NCBI GenBank assembly: GCA_028284765.1 | Contig: JANQRA010000023.1 | Coordinates: forward strand, 96,694 to 160,693 | Direction: 5' to 3' | DNA from: Acidimicrobiia bacterium | Lineage (GTDB): Bacteria > Actinomycetota > Acidimicrobiia > Spongiisociales > ZC4RG35 | Length of the DNA stretch: 64,000 nt | In this document: in pieces, positions 27,402 to 36,761 of the stretch | How the letters are laid out: each line of letters opens with the position of its first letter | Numbering within the stretch: position 1 is the first letter of the stretch | Notes under the pieces: model-generated | Seen by the model: only the letters and a program-made list of their open reading frames with translations | Databases searched by the model: none | Told to the model about the DNA's origin: nothing | Position numbers and translations under genes: made by a program

Positions 27402-28546
27402 TGGGCTTGCGGGATGCCTTGAGAGAGTCTTCGGAGATTGGAGCGATCCTGGCAACGCCGCCGGGTCAGCGGCCAGTGTTGTTCTACGCGGAAGACTCTC
27501 ATACCTATATCCAATTCGAGGGGCTAGTCCGCGAGTTGGTTCAGCGTCGCATACCTGTGACCTATGTGACCTCGCAACCAGACGATCCCATCTTCGGCCG
27601 GTCGGACGAGTTGCTGACCGTGAGATTCTTGTCCCGCCAGCTGGCGAATCTCATGAAACGCATCGAAGGGTCTCTAATAGTGATGACGATGCCGGACTTA
27701 GGGCGATTTCACGTACCCAAACCCGAAAACGCTCGTGTGCTCTACCTTTTTCACTCGTTGAACAGCCTCCACACCTCGTATAGGGATGGCGCCTTCGATC
27801 ACTATGACCACTTCGCTTGTACGGGTCCACATCACATCAAGGAGTTGGAGCGCCTTGCCGAGATCAGACAGAAGCCAGTCGCACAGTTCCACGAAGTGGG
27901 CTACTACAAGCTCGATCGGATCGAACGCCATCATTCCACCTTTTCCCCCCCGGGTTCAGCGAGGCCACGAGTTCTTCTTGCACCATCGTGGAGTCCGGGA
28001 AATCTTCTAGAAGCTCATGGCCGGCAGATTGTCCACGGTCTGCTCGCTGCGAAGATGAGTGTGATTGTTCGACCCCATCCCCAGTTCTTTCACTCCCTGT
28101 ACCCGACCGGCCGTGAGGTCGTTGATCAACTGGTCCAAGAGTTCCAATCGAGTCCCGATGTCGAGTTCGAGCTGACAATCGACTCCGAGGACTCGTTTCA
28201 CACAGCGGATCTAATGGTGAGTGACTGGTCGGGGGCCGCGTACGAATATGCACTAGGCACCAGACGCCCTGTCATGTTTGTCGATACCCCCCAGAAGCTG
28301 TTCAATCCAGAATGGGCCGAGGTGGGACTTCCCGCATTCGAGGAGGCCAAGCGGCACGAAGTCGGAATCATCCTTTCCTCGGCCGAGATCGAGGCGGTCG
28401 GCGACAGATCTCGGCAGCTGATCGAAGGGCGTGAATCGTGGTCTGAGAAGTTGAGTGACCTGCGCAAGCAGTTGGTGTTCAATCCGGGAAGCTCGAGCGC
28501 AGTTCTCGGCGATTTGGTTGAGTCACTAATTCAACGACGGGTCTGA
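27401..28546 (+). CDS. TagB/TagF-family (CDP-glycerol glycerophosphotransferase-like) transferase
   Basis: LYLFHSLNSLH, VLLAPSW, VRPHPQ and DLMVSDWSGAAYEYALGTRRPVMFVD resemble the Glyphos_transf motifs (WHG, HP, SDYSS..PxIFF). Confidence 0.6.
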   Translation: MGLRDALRESSEIGAILATPPGQRPVLFYAEDSHTYIQFEGLVRELVQRRIPVTYVTSQPDDPIFGRSDELLTVRFLSRQLANLMKRIEGSLIVMTMPDLGRFHVPKPENARVLYLFHSLNSLHTSYRDGAFDHYDHFACTGPHHIKELERLAEIRQKPVAQFHEVGYYKLDRIERHHSTFSPPGSARPRVLLAPSWSPGNLLEAHGRQIVHGLLAAKMSVIVRPHPQFFHSLYPTGREVVDQLVQEFQSSPDVEFELTIDSEDSFHTADLMVSDWSGAAYEYALGTRRPVMFVDTPQKLFNPEWAEVGLPAFEEAKRHEVGIILSSAEIEAVGDRSRQLIEGRESWSEKLSDLRKQLVFNPGSSSAVLGDLVESLIQRRV

Positions 28547-28584
28547 GTTCAAGTTTTGAGGATCTCGTTGCCGATAGTGACGGA

Positions 28585-28767
28585 ATGGATACCCTTTTTG
28601 CGTACTTGGATGCAGGCTCAGGAGCGCTGCTCGTACAGCTGTTGGTGGGCGGCCTCGCTGGTATCGCTTCCTTCGCGCGATTCAGGTGGCGCAAACTGTT
28701 CCGTCAGGAGAATCCCGAGGCTGGCGGCTTGGCGACTGAAGGCGGAGAGTCAGAATCGAGCCGCTGA
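28585..28767 (+). CDS. Small single-TM protein (60 aa) with AYLDAGSGA N-terminus
   Basis: MDTLFAYLDAGSGALLVQLLVGGLAGIASFARFRWRK, then an acidic/Gly tail. Paralogous to 21938..22150. Lies directly upstream of paralogue 4. Confidence 0.6.
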   Translation: MDTLFAYLDAGSGALLVQLLVGGLAGIASFARFRWRKLFRQENPEAGGLATEGGESESSR

Positions 28768-28841
28768 GGCGCTGATCCTCGAACGGTCAGTAGGGACACG
28801 CGTGACCTGGCGGATTCGGTCAGCCTCGGTCCTATAGAGAA

Positions 28842-30350
28842 GTGAGTTCGACGAAACGACAGACTGCGCGGCCCACCAAGGGTGAGTTGGTGCTTCTTGC
28901 GGTTCCAGCTCTATGGGCACCAGCTCGTCTCGTGTCCGACAACTTCGTCGGCATCCCACACTTCGAGCGTCTGTTCGCTCTGGCAGGCATTCTGTTTCTG
29001 ATTGGCATCTCGTGCCGATGGCTTCTCATGAAAGCCGGAGTGGCTGCACGCACTTGCACATATACCGCCTTCTTCCTCCTGGTAGGACTGGTCGCGGCCG
29101 GCCCTTTCGTCAGGCAGTTCGGATCGGTGATTGGCATTGGGGTTGTTGTTCTGGCGGTTGGCGTGATTGCGGCACTCTCGCATTTGCGCCCTGAGTCCAC
29201 TGTCGCGGACGCCATTGTCGTAGCAACAGCAGTTGCTCTGATTTCGGGTCCAATTGTGGCTTCATTGGAGACGGCCTCCGCGTATGGCGAGTCGACAGTC
29301 GACATGTCAGTTTCGACCAACCTCGAACTCTCGAGCAAACCCGATATCTGGCTGGTCGTTTTTGATGGTTACTCGGGCCGAATTTCCATGGAGAAGGACT
29401 TAGGCGTGCCATGGGAGGAACAACTCTTGGCATCGCTACAGGAGGCGGGCTTCGTTGTCCCCAACTCGGTATGGGCGTCGTACCCGAATACGAAACTCAG
29501 TGTCCCCAGCCTGCTCAACATGGACTACCCCGCGAGTCAGTGGGTCGACAATGGGGCCACAACCCAAGACCTCTACGACGTGATAGCCGGGGAGTCTGTC
29601 GTTGTGCAAACACTGCTCGCGAACGGCTATGAGACCCATATGGTGGAGTCGGGTTGGAGCGGCAGTTCTTGTGGTGACGGTTTCCAGGTTTGTGTTGCCT
29701 CACCGATCTATGACGCAGGTATGAACTACATCGCATTCAATTCGATCCTCGGAGACACCGGGCTCGTGCGGCCCGGATTCGCATTTGCTCATGGGGCTCA
29801 AAGCATGATGGATTGGATGGTCGGCAACGCTGAGAGGATCAGCCATGACGGGCGGCCCTCGTTTGTGTTCGCTCACCTTGTCACTCCGCATCCCCCATTC
29901 TTCCTTGACGAAGGATGCGAGACGGTGGTGGACGAGCAAAGAGATGGCTTCTTCTTTCCCCATCCGGGTGTCTCAGATGAGGATCGCAACGCGTTCTTTC
30001 GCGATCAGCTCGAATGCGTGGACAACTTCGTTTCCGAATTCTGGCCGCTGCTGGCTGAGGATGATGTTCTCATCTTGACTTCGGATCACGGTATGGGGCG
30101 GTATGGGCAGATGGGGGCAGATCCCTCGGAGTGGACATATGAAGACGTTCGGGAACGCCTCAACGTGCTTCTAGCACTTCGAGGAACCGACCAGTGTTTC
30201 GACGAGAGTCCGATATTCCTTCCGCAGGTAATGGCGAGACTGTTCGGATGTCTGTCTGGTGACACGCCTGACCTTGTTACACCTAGGATTTTCCTCGGGC
30301 CCGACACTGAAGTTGGTACACGAACGCTCGAACGGCTACTTCGAGAGTGA
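28842..30350 (+). CDS. Membrane-anchored alkaline-phosphatase-superfamily transferase, paralogue 4
   Basis: N-terminal TM block, then KPDIWLVVFDGYSG, SYPNTKLSVPSLL, GYETHMVESGWSGSSCG, PSFVFAHLVTPHPPFF and VLILTSDHGM. Confidence 0.7.
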   Translation: MSSTKRQTARPTKGELVLLAVPALWAPARLVSDNFVGIPHFERLFALAGILFLIGISCRWLLMKAGVAARTCTYTAFFLLVGLVAAGPFVRQFGSVIGIGVVVLAVGVIAALSHLRPESTVADAIVVATAVALISGPIVASLETASAYGESTVDMSVSTNLELSSKPDIWLVVFDGYSGRISMEKDLGVPWEEQLLASLQEAGFVVPNSVWASYPNTKLSVPSLLNMDYPASQWVDNGATTQDLYDVIAGESVVVQTLLANGYETHMVESGWSGSSCGDGFQVCVASPIYDAGMNYIAFNSILGDTGLVRPGFAFAHGAQSMMDWMVGNAERISHDGRPSFVFAHLVTPHPPFFLDEGCETVVDEQRDGFFFPHPGVSDEDRNAFFRDQLECVDNFVSEFWPLLAEDDVLILTSDHGMGRYGQMGADPSEWTYEDVRERLNVLLALRGTDQCFDESPIFLPQVMARLFGCLSGDTPDLVTPRIFLGPDTEVGTRTLERLLRE

Positions 30351-30457
30351 GGCTCGCCAAGTCTCGACACCGATTGGGGGTGAAGGTGCGGGGAGGGAAT
30401 GCCCGGACATCCAGATTCCCTTCAATATCGTTGGCGCTTGCCGATAAGTAGGAACTC

Positions 30458-31831
30458 ATGAAGCTCTCAGTCCTAATGCCCGTCTACAACGAGTCGCGCA
30501 CGCTGCGCACGATCGTTGAAAAGGTCCTCGCAGCACCGGTCGACATCGAAATCGAGTTGGTCTGTGTAGACGACTGCTCCAAAGACGATTCCCTCGAAAT
30601 CCTCCGCGAACTTGCTGAGCAGGACGACCGGATCAAGGTCTTCGCCCAACCGGTGAACATGGGGAAGGGCAAGGCAATCCGAACTGCGATCGACAAGATG
30701 ACTGGCGACATCGCCATCATCCAAGACGCCGACCTGGAGTACGACCCTGATGAGTACCCGTTGGTTCTGGCTCCCCTCCTCGAAGGTCGTGCCGACGCGG
30801 TCTACGGATCACGGTTTGCTTCGAGCGAGCAGCGACGAGTTCTGTTCTTCTGGCACTCGCTGGGTAACAAGCTTCTGACGCTGCTCTCCAACATGGCCAA
30901 CGATCTGAATCTCACTGACATGGAGACTTGCTACAAGGCTGTCCGAGCCGACGTCCTGAAGCGGCTTCGACTGACGAGTGACCGGTTCGGCCTTGAGCCT
31001 GAAATCACCGCACGTTTAGCTTCGTGGGGTGCCCGGATATATGAGGTTCCGATCAGCTATCACGGGCGCACCTACGCCGAAGGAAAGAACATCGGTTGGC
31101 GTGACGGTGTGGAGGCCATTTGGTTGATCTTCAAGTTCAGGTTCTTGGACAACAGGGCCACGGACGAAGACTCGGTGGTCACGAGACAGGCATTGGGCAA
31201 AGCCTCGAGATTCCGGAAGTGGTCGCTTTCGGCCTTCGACGGATATATCGGAGATCGCGTTCTGGAGCTCAACGCCGGGCCGGGCCACACCACCAGCCAC
31301 CTGCTGGGAGCCGAACAACTGATAGTTACCGACAATGACCCGGTGCACGTCGAAACGTTGCGCAGGCGGTTCGGCCACATGGAGAACGTTGAGATCCGCC
31401 TGGCTGAAGACGGTGACGGCGCCGAAGTCGACACGGCGATCGTCTTTGACGGGCTCCAGCGGGTAGGCGAGCCCAAGGAACTGCTCACACAAGTGGCATC
31501 GTCTGTTCGTTCAGGCGGTCATATCCTGATTCAAGTACCGGCTGGCCCTGAGCTTTTTGGTACGACTGACGAGGCTGCCGGCCATGTTCGCCGCTTCGAT
31601 AGCCAAGAGCTGCGTGAGGTCATTCAGGGAGCTGGCCTCGAACCCGTTCAGGTGAACGGCTTCAACAAGCTAGGAGCCATCGGATGGCGTTTGCATCACG
31701 CATTCGGAGCGGGCCGGATTACTGCGTCAGAAGCAAGGGCCTTTGATTTGATGGTTCCCATTGCAAGGCGTTTAGAGCCTCTGCTCCCCGGTGACAGCTT
31801 GAGTCTCTTGGCTGTCGCCAGAGTCCCGTAG
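30458..31831 (+). CDS. Fusion: family-2 glycosyltransferase + class I SAM-dependent methyltransferase
   Basis: The N-terminus has LMPVYNE, VDDCSKDDS and QDADLEYDP. The C-terminal half has VLELNAGPGH (SAM motif I) and an IVFDGL..GGHILIQVP region. Confidence 0.75.
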   Translation: MKLSVLMPVYNESRTLRTIVEKVLAAPVDIEIELVCVDDCSKDDSLEILRELAEQDDRIKVFAQPVNMGKGKAIRTAIDKMTGDIAIIQDADLEYDPDEYPLVLAPLLEGRADAVYGSRFASSEQRRVLFFWHSLGNKLLTLLSNMANDLNLTDMETCYKAVRADVLKRLRLTSDRFGLEPEITARLASWGARIYEVPISYHGRTYAEGKNIGWRDGVEAIWLIFKFRFLDNRATDEDSVVTRQALGKASRFRKWSLSAFDGYIGDRVLELNAGPGHTTSHLLGAEQLIVTDNDPVHVETLRRRFGHMENVEIRLAEDGDGAEVDTAIVFDGLQRVGEPKELLTQVASSVRSGGHILIQVPAGPELFGTTDEAAGHVRRFDSQELREVIQGAGLEPVQVNGFNKLGAIGWRLHHAFGAGRITASEARAFDLMVPIARRLEPLLPGDSLSLLAVARVP

Positions 31832-31838
31832 GAGAGCC

Positions 31839-32912
31839 ATGCGAAAGGCGGGCCCGCTTGCCGTTGCCCTGGTGGGCGCTCTCATCATGGGAGGGATAGC
31901 CGTCAGGGTTCTATCCGAAGTTGATTGGGATCCCACGATCTTCGTCGCTTTTGGGGAAGAGGCCGCTCCGACTACCGAATACGCAATGGAGCGACTCGGG
32001 GAAGACATCTTCCTCCGGCCATCTCAGGGCCACGATGGCAAGTTCTTCTTCGTCCAGTCCAATGACCCCTGGATTCTCGATCCAGATGAGAACGCTCTCG
32101 TCCTCGATCGACCCCTCTACCGCAGTCAACGAATGCTGTATCCGGTCCTTGCTGGAGGTGCGGGTTTGTTCGGGCCAGAGGCGATCACGTGGGCGATGTT
32201 GATCGTGAACATCCTTGCGATGGGTGCCGGGACTTGGGTTGTGGCTCGGATCGCTATGGAGATGGGCGGTTCGCCATGGTGGGGCCTGGCCTTCGCCCTC
32301 AACCTTGGCTTCATAAGCGAGGTCAACATTGGGGGAGCAGGAGTCGTGGCTGCGGCGGCTGCCTATGGTGCAGTCTTGGCTGCGATGAGAGGTCGAAAAA
32401 CGGCGGCTGTCGTCTTGCTAGCTATTGCCGTCTTGTCGCGGGAAGCGATGCTCCTGGCCGCGGCGGGGACTGCGCTCTGGCTTTGGTTCAATCAAGAAAG
32501 ACGGTTTGCTGTTTGGACGGCGGTCGTACCTGTGGGGGTAGTGGCCTCTTGGGCTGCGTATCTCCGGTTGCGTATCGCTGAAGGCAATGTCGTCTCCCAG
32601 GTTCAAGAGATCGGTATTCCGTTCCAGGGTTTCATCGAAGCCTTCTCCTCTTGGGTCGAAGAGCCGATCAACCTCGCCGCCGGGGTGGCGATCATGATGC
32701 TGTTCGTTCTGTATGTGCGGAGGGTTGTGATTTCGCGACACCTAGTTGGAGTGGCCTTCGTCGGCTTCGTCCTCCTCGGAGTGCTCTTCACAGAACAGGT
32801 CTGGGGTTCCTACTTCGATATCACGAGAGCCGTGGCGCCGATCATCACCAGCTTCGTGCTCATGGTGTTCATAGCTTCAAAAACATCAGAACGAACAGGT
32901 GTTCGGGTCTAA
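31839..32912 (+). CDS. Polytopic membrane protein, paralogue A of a three-member family
   Basis: 357 aa. Shares QGHDGKFFFVQSNDPW...YRSQRMLYPVLAG and a C-terminal ...TRAVAPII pattern with 36707..37753 and 35805..36761. Confidence 0.65.
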   Translation: MRKAGPLAVALVGALIMGGIAVRVLSEVDWDPTIFVAFGEEAAPTTEYAMERLGEDIFLRPSQGHDGKFFFVQSNDPWILDPDENALVLDRPLYRSQRMLYPVLAGGAGLFGPEAITWAMLIVNILAMGAGTWVVARIAMEMGGSPWWGLAFALNLGFISEVNIGGAGVVAAAAAYGAVLAAMRGRKTAAVVLLAIAVLSREAMLLAAAGTALWLWFNQERRFAVWTAVVPVGVVASWAAYLRLRIAEGNVVSQVQEIGIPFQGFIEAFSSWVEEPINLAAGVAIMMLFVLYVRRVVISRHLVGVAFVGFVLLGVLFTEQVWGSYFDITRAVAPIITSFVLMVFIASKTSERTGVRV

Positions 32913-32956
32913 TCTGGGATTACACTCACGTAACTCAAGGTTGACCAGGCGGAGCA

Positions 32957-35779
32957 TTGTCCACCGAATCCATACTCATCAGGGGTGCCCGCGAGCACAA
33001 TCTCAAGAACCTCACGGTTGAACTGCCCCGAGAACAACTGATCGTCTTCACCGGGCTTTCTGGATCAGGAAAGTCTTCTCTCGCGTTCGACACAATCTAC
33101 GCTGAAGGCCAACGTCGCTATGTCGAGTCGCTGTCGGCCTACGCCCGACAGTTCTTGGGACAGATGGACAAGCCGGACGTCGATTTCATCGACGGTTTGA
33201 GCCCAGCCATATCCATCGACCAGAAGACGGCATCACGCAACCCGCGATCCACCGTTGGGACCGTTACCGAGGTGCATGACTATCTGCGTCTGCTCTATGC
33301 GCGAATCGGCATCGCTCACTGCCCGAACGACGGAACGGTCGTTGAGCGACAGACTCCGCAGCAGATCGTCGACCGCATCCTCGAGTTGGAGGAAGGGTCT
33401 CGGTTCCAAGTGCTTGCTCCGGTAGTCCGCGGACGCAAAGGCGAATACGAGACGTTGCTATCGGACCTCGCCAAGCAGGGTTTCGCGCGGGCACGAATCG
33501 ATGGCGAGATCCGAGAGCTCACCGATGAGATCCGTCTCGACCGCTACTACCAGCACACCATCGAGGTCGTCGTCGATCGATTGGTCCGCAAAGACGGAAT
33601 GGAGCAGCGTCTCACACAGTCGTTGGAGACTGCACTGTCCTTGGCCGAGGGTGTCGCCGACATCGAGGTCACGGAGGGACCGACTCTCACCTTCTCTCAG
33701 CATCTCGCTTGCGGGGAGTGTGGTCTGTCCTTCGAGGATCTTCAGCCGAGGAACTTCTCGTTCAACAGTCCTTACGGCGCCTGCCCTGAGTGTTCCGGCA
33801 TCGGCACCCGCTATCAGGTAGACCCGGAGTTGGTGATCGGAGACCCAGATCTGTCCCTCAACGATGGTGCTATCCCGATGTGGTCGTCCAATCGGATGCG
33901 CTATTACCACCGTCTGCTGACCAGTCTCTCCTCAGTCTTTGACTTCTCGATGGACACTCCATGGCAGAAACTGCCCAAGAGGATTCAGAAGAAGATTCTC
34001 TACGGGACTGGCGACGAGCAGATCACCGTCGAGTACGTCAACCGGTTTGGCAGGAAGCGGAAGTGGGATGCGACCTTTGAAGGGGCCATCCCGTTCCTGA
34101 ATCGTCGGCACGAATCAGCAGAATCCGATGGAGCCAGGGAGTACTACCAGGAGTTCATGGCGATCGTTCCGTGCGATGCCTGTGGCGGCGGCCGCTTGAA
34201 CCCGGTATCTCTCGCCGTGACCATCGACGACCGCAACATCGCCGAAGTCTCGGACCTGAGCTTGTCCAACTCGTTCGAATTCTTCGATTCGCTTGAGCTA
34301 TCAGAGCGTGACGCCGCCATCGCTGAGCGAGTGCTCAAAGAGGTCAGGGCCAGGATCAAGTTCCTGCTCGATGTAGGCCTGGACTACCTCACACTCTCGC
34401 GCTCCGCGGCCACCCTTGCCGGAGGTGAGGCACAGCGGATACGTCTGGCTACCCAGATCGGGTCAGGCCTGGTGGGGGTTCTCTACATCTTGGATGAGCC
34501 CTCGATCGGGCTTCATCAGCGTGACAACCAGAGGTTGATCGAGACACTCCTGAGGTTACGTGACCTTGGCAACACGTTGATCGTCGTCGAGCACGACGAG
34601 GAGACCATTCGGATTGCTGATCACATCGTCGACATCGGGCCCGGTGCTGGTGAACACGGTGGTGCGATCGTGGCTCAGGGTGACCTCAAGACCATCACCT
34701 CGAGCAAAGACTCAGTCACCGGCGACTACATGGCAGGTCGTCGTCAGATCGAGGTGCCATTGCTCCGCAGGCAGGGCAATGGAGACGTGATCTCAGTTCT
34801 CGGAGCGTCCGAGAACAACCTGCAAGGTTTGGATGTCGAGTTCCCGCTTGGCGTTTTCACAGCTGTCACCGGAGTGAGTGGATCGGGCAAGTCGACTCTC
34901 GTGGAGGAGATTCTCTGGAAGTCACTTGCTGCCAAGGTCAACCGGGCGCGAGTGGTGCCCGGTCGTCACAAGAAGGTGAAAGGTGTCGACGCCATAGACA
35001 AGGTCATCGATATTGATCAATCGCCCATCGGACGGACACCACGCTCGAATCCGGCCACCTACACCAAGCTTTTCGATCGGATCCGGACGCTCTTCTCCCA
35101 AACCCCAGAGTCCAGAGCCAGGGGCTACAAACCCGGCCGCTTCTCTTTCAACGTCTCAGGCGGGCGATGTGAAGCCTGCAAAGGGGACGGGACGATCAAG
35201 ATCGAGATGCACTTCTTGCCTGATGTCTACGTGCCGTGTGAGATCTGTGGTGGCAAGCGGTACAACCGTGAGACTCTCGAGATTCTCTGGAAGGGCCACA
35301 ACATCAGTGACGTTCTTGAGATGTCAGTCGAGGAGGCGCTGACCTTCTTCGAGAACCAGCCCAAGATTGTGCGGATCCTGCAGACCCTTTATGACGTCGG
35401 TCTCGGTTATGTCCGACTTGGCCAACCTGCAACCACTCTGTCCGGCGGCGAGGCGCAGAGAATCAAGCTCGCATCCGAGCTGGGGAAGCGCTCGACCGGG
35501 CGGACTTTCTACATCCTCGACGAGCCGACGACCGGGCTCCACTTCGAAGACATCCGCAAGCTGCTGCAGGTTCTCCAACGGCTGGTTGACAGTGGGAACA
35601 CTGTCGTGGTCATCGAGCACAACCTCGACGTCGTGAAGTCGGTCGATCACATCATCGACCTGGGTCCGGAGGGTGGGACCGGCGGCGGGCGCATCGTTGC
35701 CCAGGGTACGCCGGAGGAAGTGGCCCAGGTAGGGGAGAGCTACACCGGAAAGTTCCTGAGGGAAATGGTGGGGTCGTAG
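32957..35779 (+). CDS. uvrA: Excinuclease ABC subunit A
   Basis: 940 aa. Two ABC modules ([20 protein letters not shown]) and several CxxC zinc-finger pairs ([31 protein letters not shown]). Confidence 0.96.
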   Translation: MSTESILIRGAREHNLKNLTVELPREQLIVFTGLSGSGKSSLAFDTIYAEGQRRYVESLSAYARQFLGQMDKPDVDFIDGLSPAISIDQKTASRNPRSTVGTVTEVHDYLRLLYARIGIAHCPNDGTVVERQTPQQIVDRILELEEGSRFQVLAPVVRGRKGEYETLLSDLAKQGFARARIDGEIRELTDEIRLDRYYQHTIEVVVDRLVRKDGMEQRLTQSLETALSLAEGVADIEVTEGPTLTFSQHLACGECGLSFEDLQPRNFSFNSPYGACPECSGIGTRYQVDPELVIGDPDLSLNDGAIPMWSSNRMRYYHRLLTSLSSVFDFSMDTPWQKLPKRIQKKILYGTGDEQITVEYVNRFGRKRKWDATFEGAIPFLNRRHESAESDGAREYYQEFMAIVPCDACGGGRLNPVSLAVTIDDRNIAEVSDLSLSNSFEFFDSLELSERDAAIAERVLKEVRARIKFLLDVGLDYLTLSRSAATLAGGEAQRIRLATQIGSGLVGVLYILDEPSIGLHQRDNQRLIETLLRLRDLGNTLIVVEHDEETIRIADHIVDIGPGAGEHGGAIVAQGDLKTITSSKDSVTGDYMAGRRQIEVPLLRRQGNGDVISVLGASENNLQGLDVEFPLGVFTAVTGVSGSGKSTLVEEILWKSLAAKVNRARVVPGRHKKVKGVDAIDKVIDIDQSPIGRTPRSNPATYTKLFDRIRTLFSQTPESRARGYKPGRFSFNVSGGRCEACKGDGTIKIEMHFLPDVYVPCEICGGKRYNRETLEILWKGHNISDVLEMSVEEALTFFENQPKIVRILQTLYDVGLGYVRLGQPATTLSGGEAQRIKLASELGKRSTGRTFYILDEPTTGLHFEDIRKLLQVLQRLVDSGNTVVVIEHNLDVVKSVDHIIDLGPEGGTGGGRIVAQGTPEEVAQVGESYTGKFLREMVGS

Positions 35780-35804
35780 GGGCGATCTGCCGAAACTTGT
35801 AGTC

Positions 35805-36761
35805 GTGGCCCGCCAGCGACGACTCGAAATCGCAATCCTGATCGCCATCGTCGCGCTCGTCGCTTTGTGGGCTCGTCACTCCTACATCCCCACATTCCAC
35901 GATCGACATGTCGAGGTTTCGGAGCAGAAGTACAACTTCGATGTCGGCAATCCGGGCCCTTGGTTCTCTGCCTGGTCGCTAGGCGACGGGCAGGCGTATG
36001 TACTCATCGCACTAGATCCGACCGGCGGGAAGCTCGACGAAGAGATCGATGAGGCCGGTTATAGGTTTGCCAGGGCCTCGTATGGCTGGGCGACGGCAGC
36101 TGCGTCCCTGGGCCGGAACACCGCGATCCCGTATGCGTTGGCCGCTGTCGGGTTGGCGTCCCTCATCGGGTTGGTCGTTGTTACAACTCGTTTGGCCGAG
36201 CGGCTGGGACGCAAGGCATGGTTGGTAGTTGTGAATCCGGCGATCTATATCGGCTTCGCCGGGGATACACCGGAACCGCTGGCGGTTCTACTTCTCGCAC
36301 TCTCCATGTCTGGAGCTGGCTTGTGGGCCAGTGCAGTGCTGGGGGTCACTCGGCCTACGTACCTCATCGCACTCTGGGGTCAGTGGCGACGCTTTGTCGT
36401 GGGCGCAGCGGCTGCCACCCTGCTCGCCGTTTACAGCGCTCTGGCGTTTGGTCTCGGCGCCATGAGTCCGGCCGGAGGACGACTGGGACTGCCGTTGGCT
36501 TCCTACATCGAGCATTCTTCGAGCTGGGGATGGCTTCTTGCCCTGGTCGCCTTAGCGACGCTGGTAGTCGGTTGGCGCAGAAGGGATTGGGCTTGGGTCC
36601 TTGCTGCTGCGTTTGTCCTGTGTTTCGGCGACGACGTCCTCAGGGATCCGGTCAACGCTTGGCGGGCTGCTGGGTTTTTGCCGGTGTTGTGGGCGTTCGG
36701 ACGGGGTTATCGAGTTCCTGCCAGAAATCGCTCCGATGCAGAGGCTTCCGCCGTCGGCTGA
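35805..36761 (+). CDS. Polytopic membrane protein, paralogue B
   Basis: 318 aa with LGDGQAYVLIALDPTG...GYRFARASYGW and a C-terminal NAWRAAGFLPVL. Its last 55 nt overlap the convergent paralogue C. Confidence 0.6.
   Translation: MARQRRLEIAILIAIVALVALWARHSYIPTFHDRHVEVSEQKYNFDVGNPGPWFSAWSLGDGQAYVLIALDPTGGKLDEEIDEAGYRFARASYGWATAAASLGRNTAIPYALAAVGLASLIGLVVVTTRLAERLGRKAWLVVVNPAIYIGFAGDTPEPLAVLLLALSMSGAGLWASAVLGVTRPTYLIALWGQWRRFVVGAAAATLLAVYSALAFGLGAMSPAGGRLGLPLASYIEHSSSWGWLLALVALATLVVGWRRRDWAWVLAAAFVLCFGDDVLRDPVNAWRAAGFLPVLWAFGRGYRVPARNRSDAEASAVG

Noticed and set aside
28556-28837. 93-aa ORF overlapping the 60-aa small TM peptide gene in another frame
   Set aside because: Its translation has no paralogue or motif. 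The 60-aa frame has a clear paralogue at 21938..22150 and a sensible TM topology.
14730-30350. Four ORFs of exactly 502 aa (the histidine kinase plus three transferase paralogues)
   Set aside because: The kinase is unrelated in sequence. The equal length of the three paralogues probably reflects conserved architecture, and start codons are uncertain by a few residues.
36707-36761. 55-nt convergent overlap of paralogues B and C in which both strands encode AEASA
   Set aside because: This is explained by the reverse-complement symmetry of GCN/GAR codons in GC-rich DNA. The tails are probably unstructured and there is no sign of a functional element.
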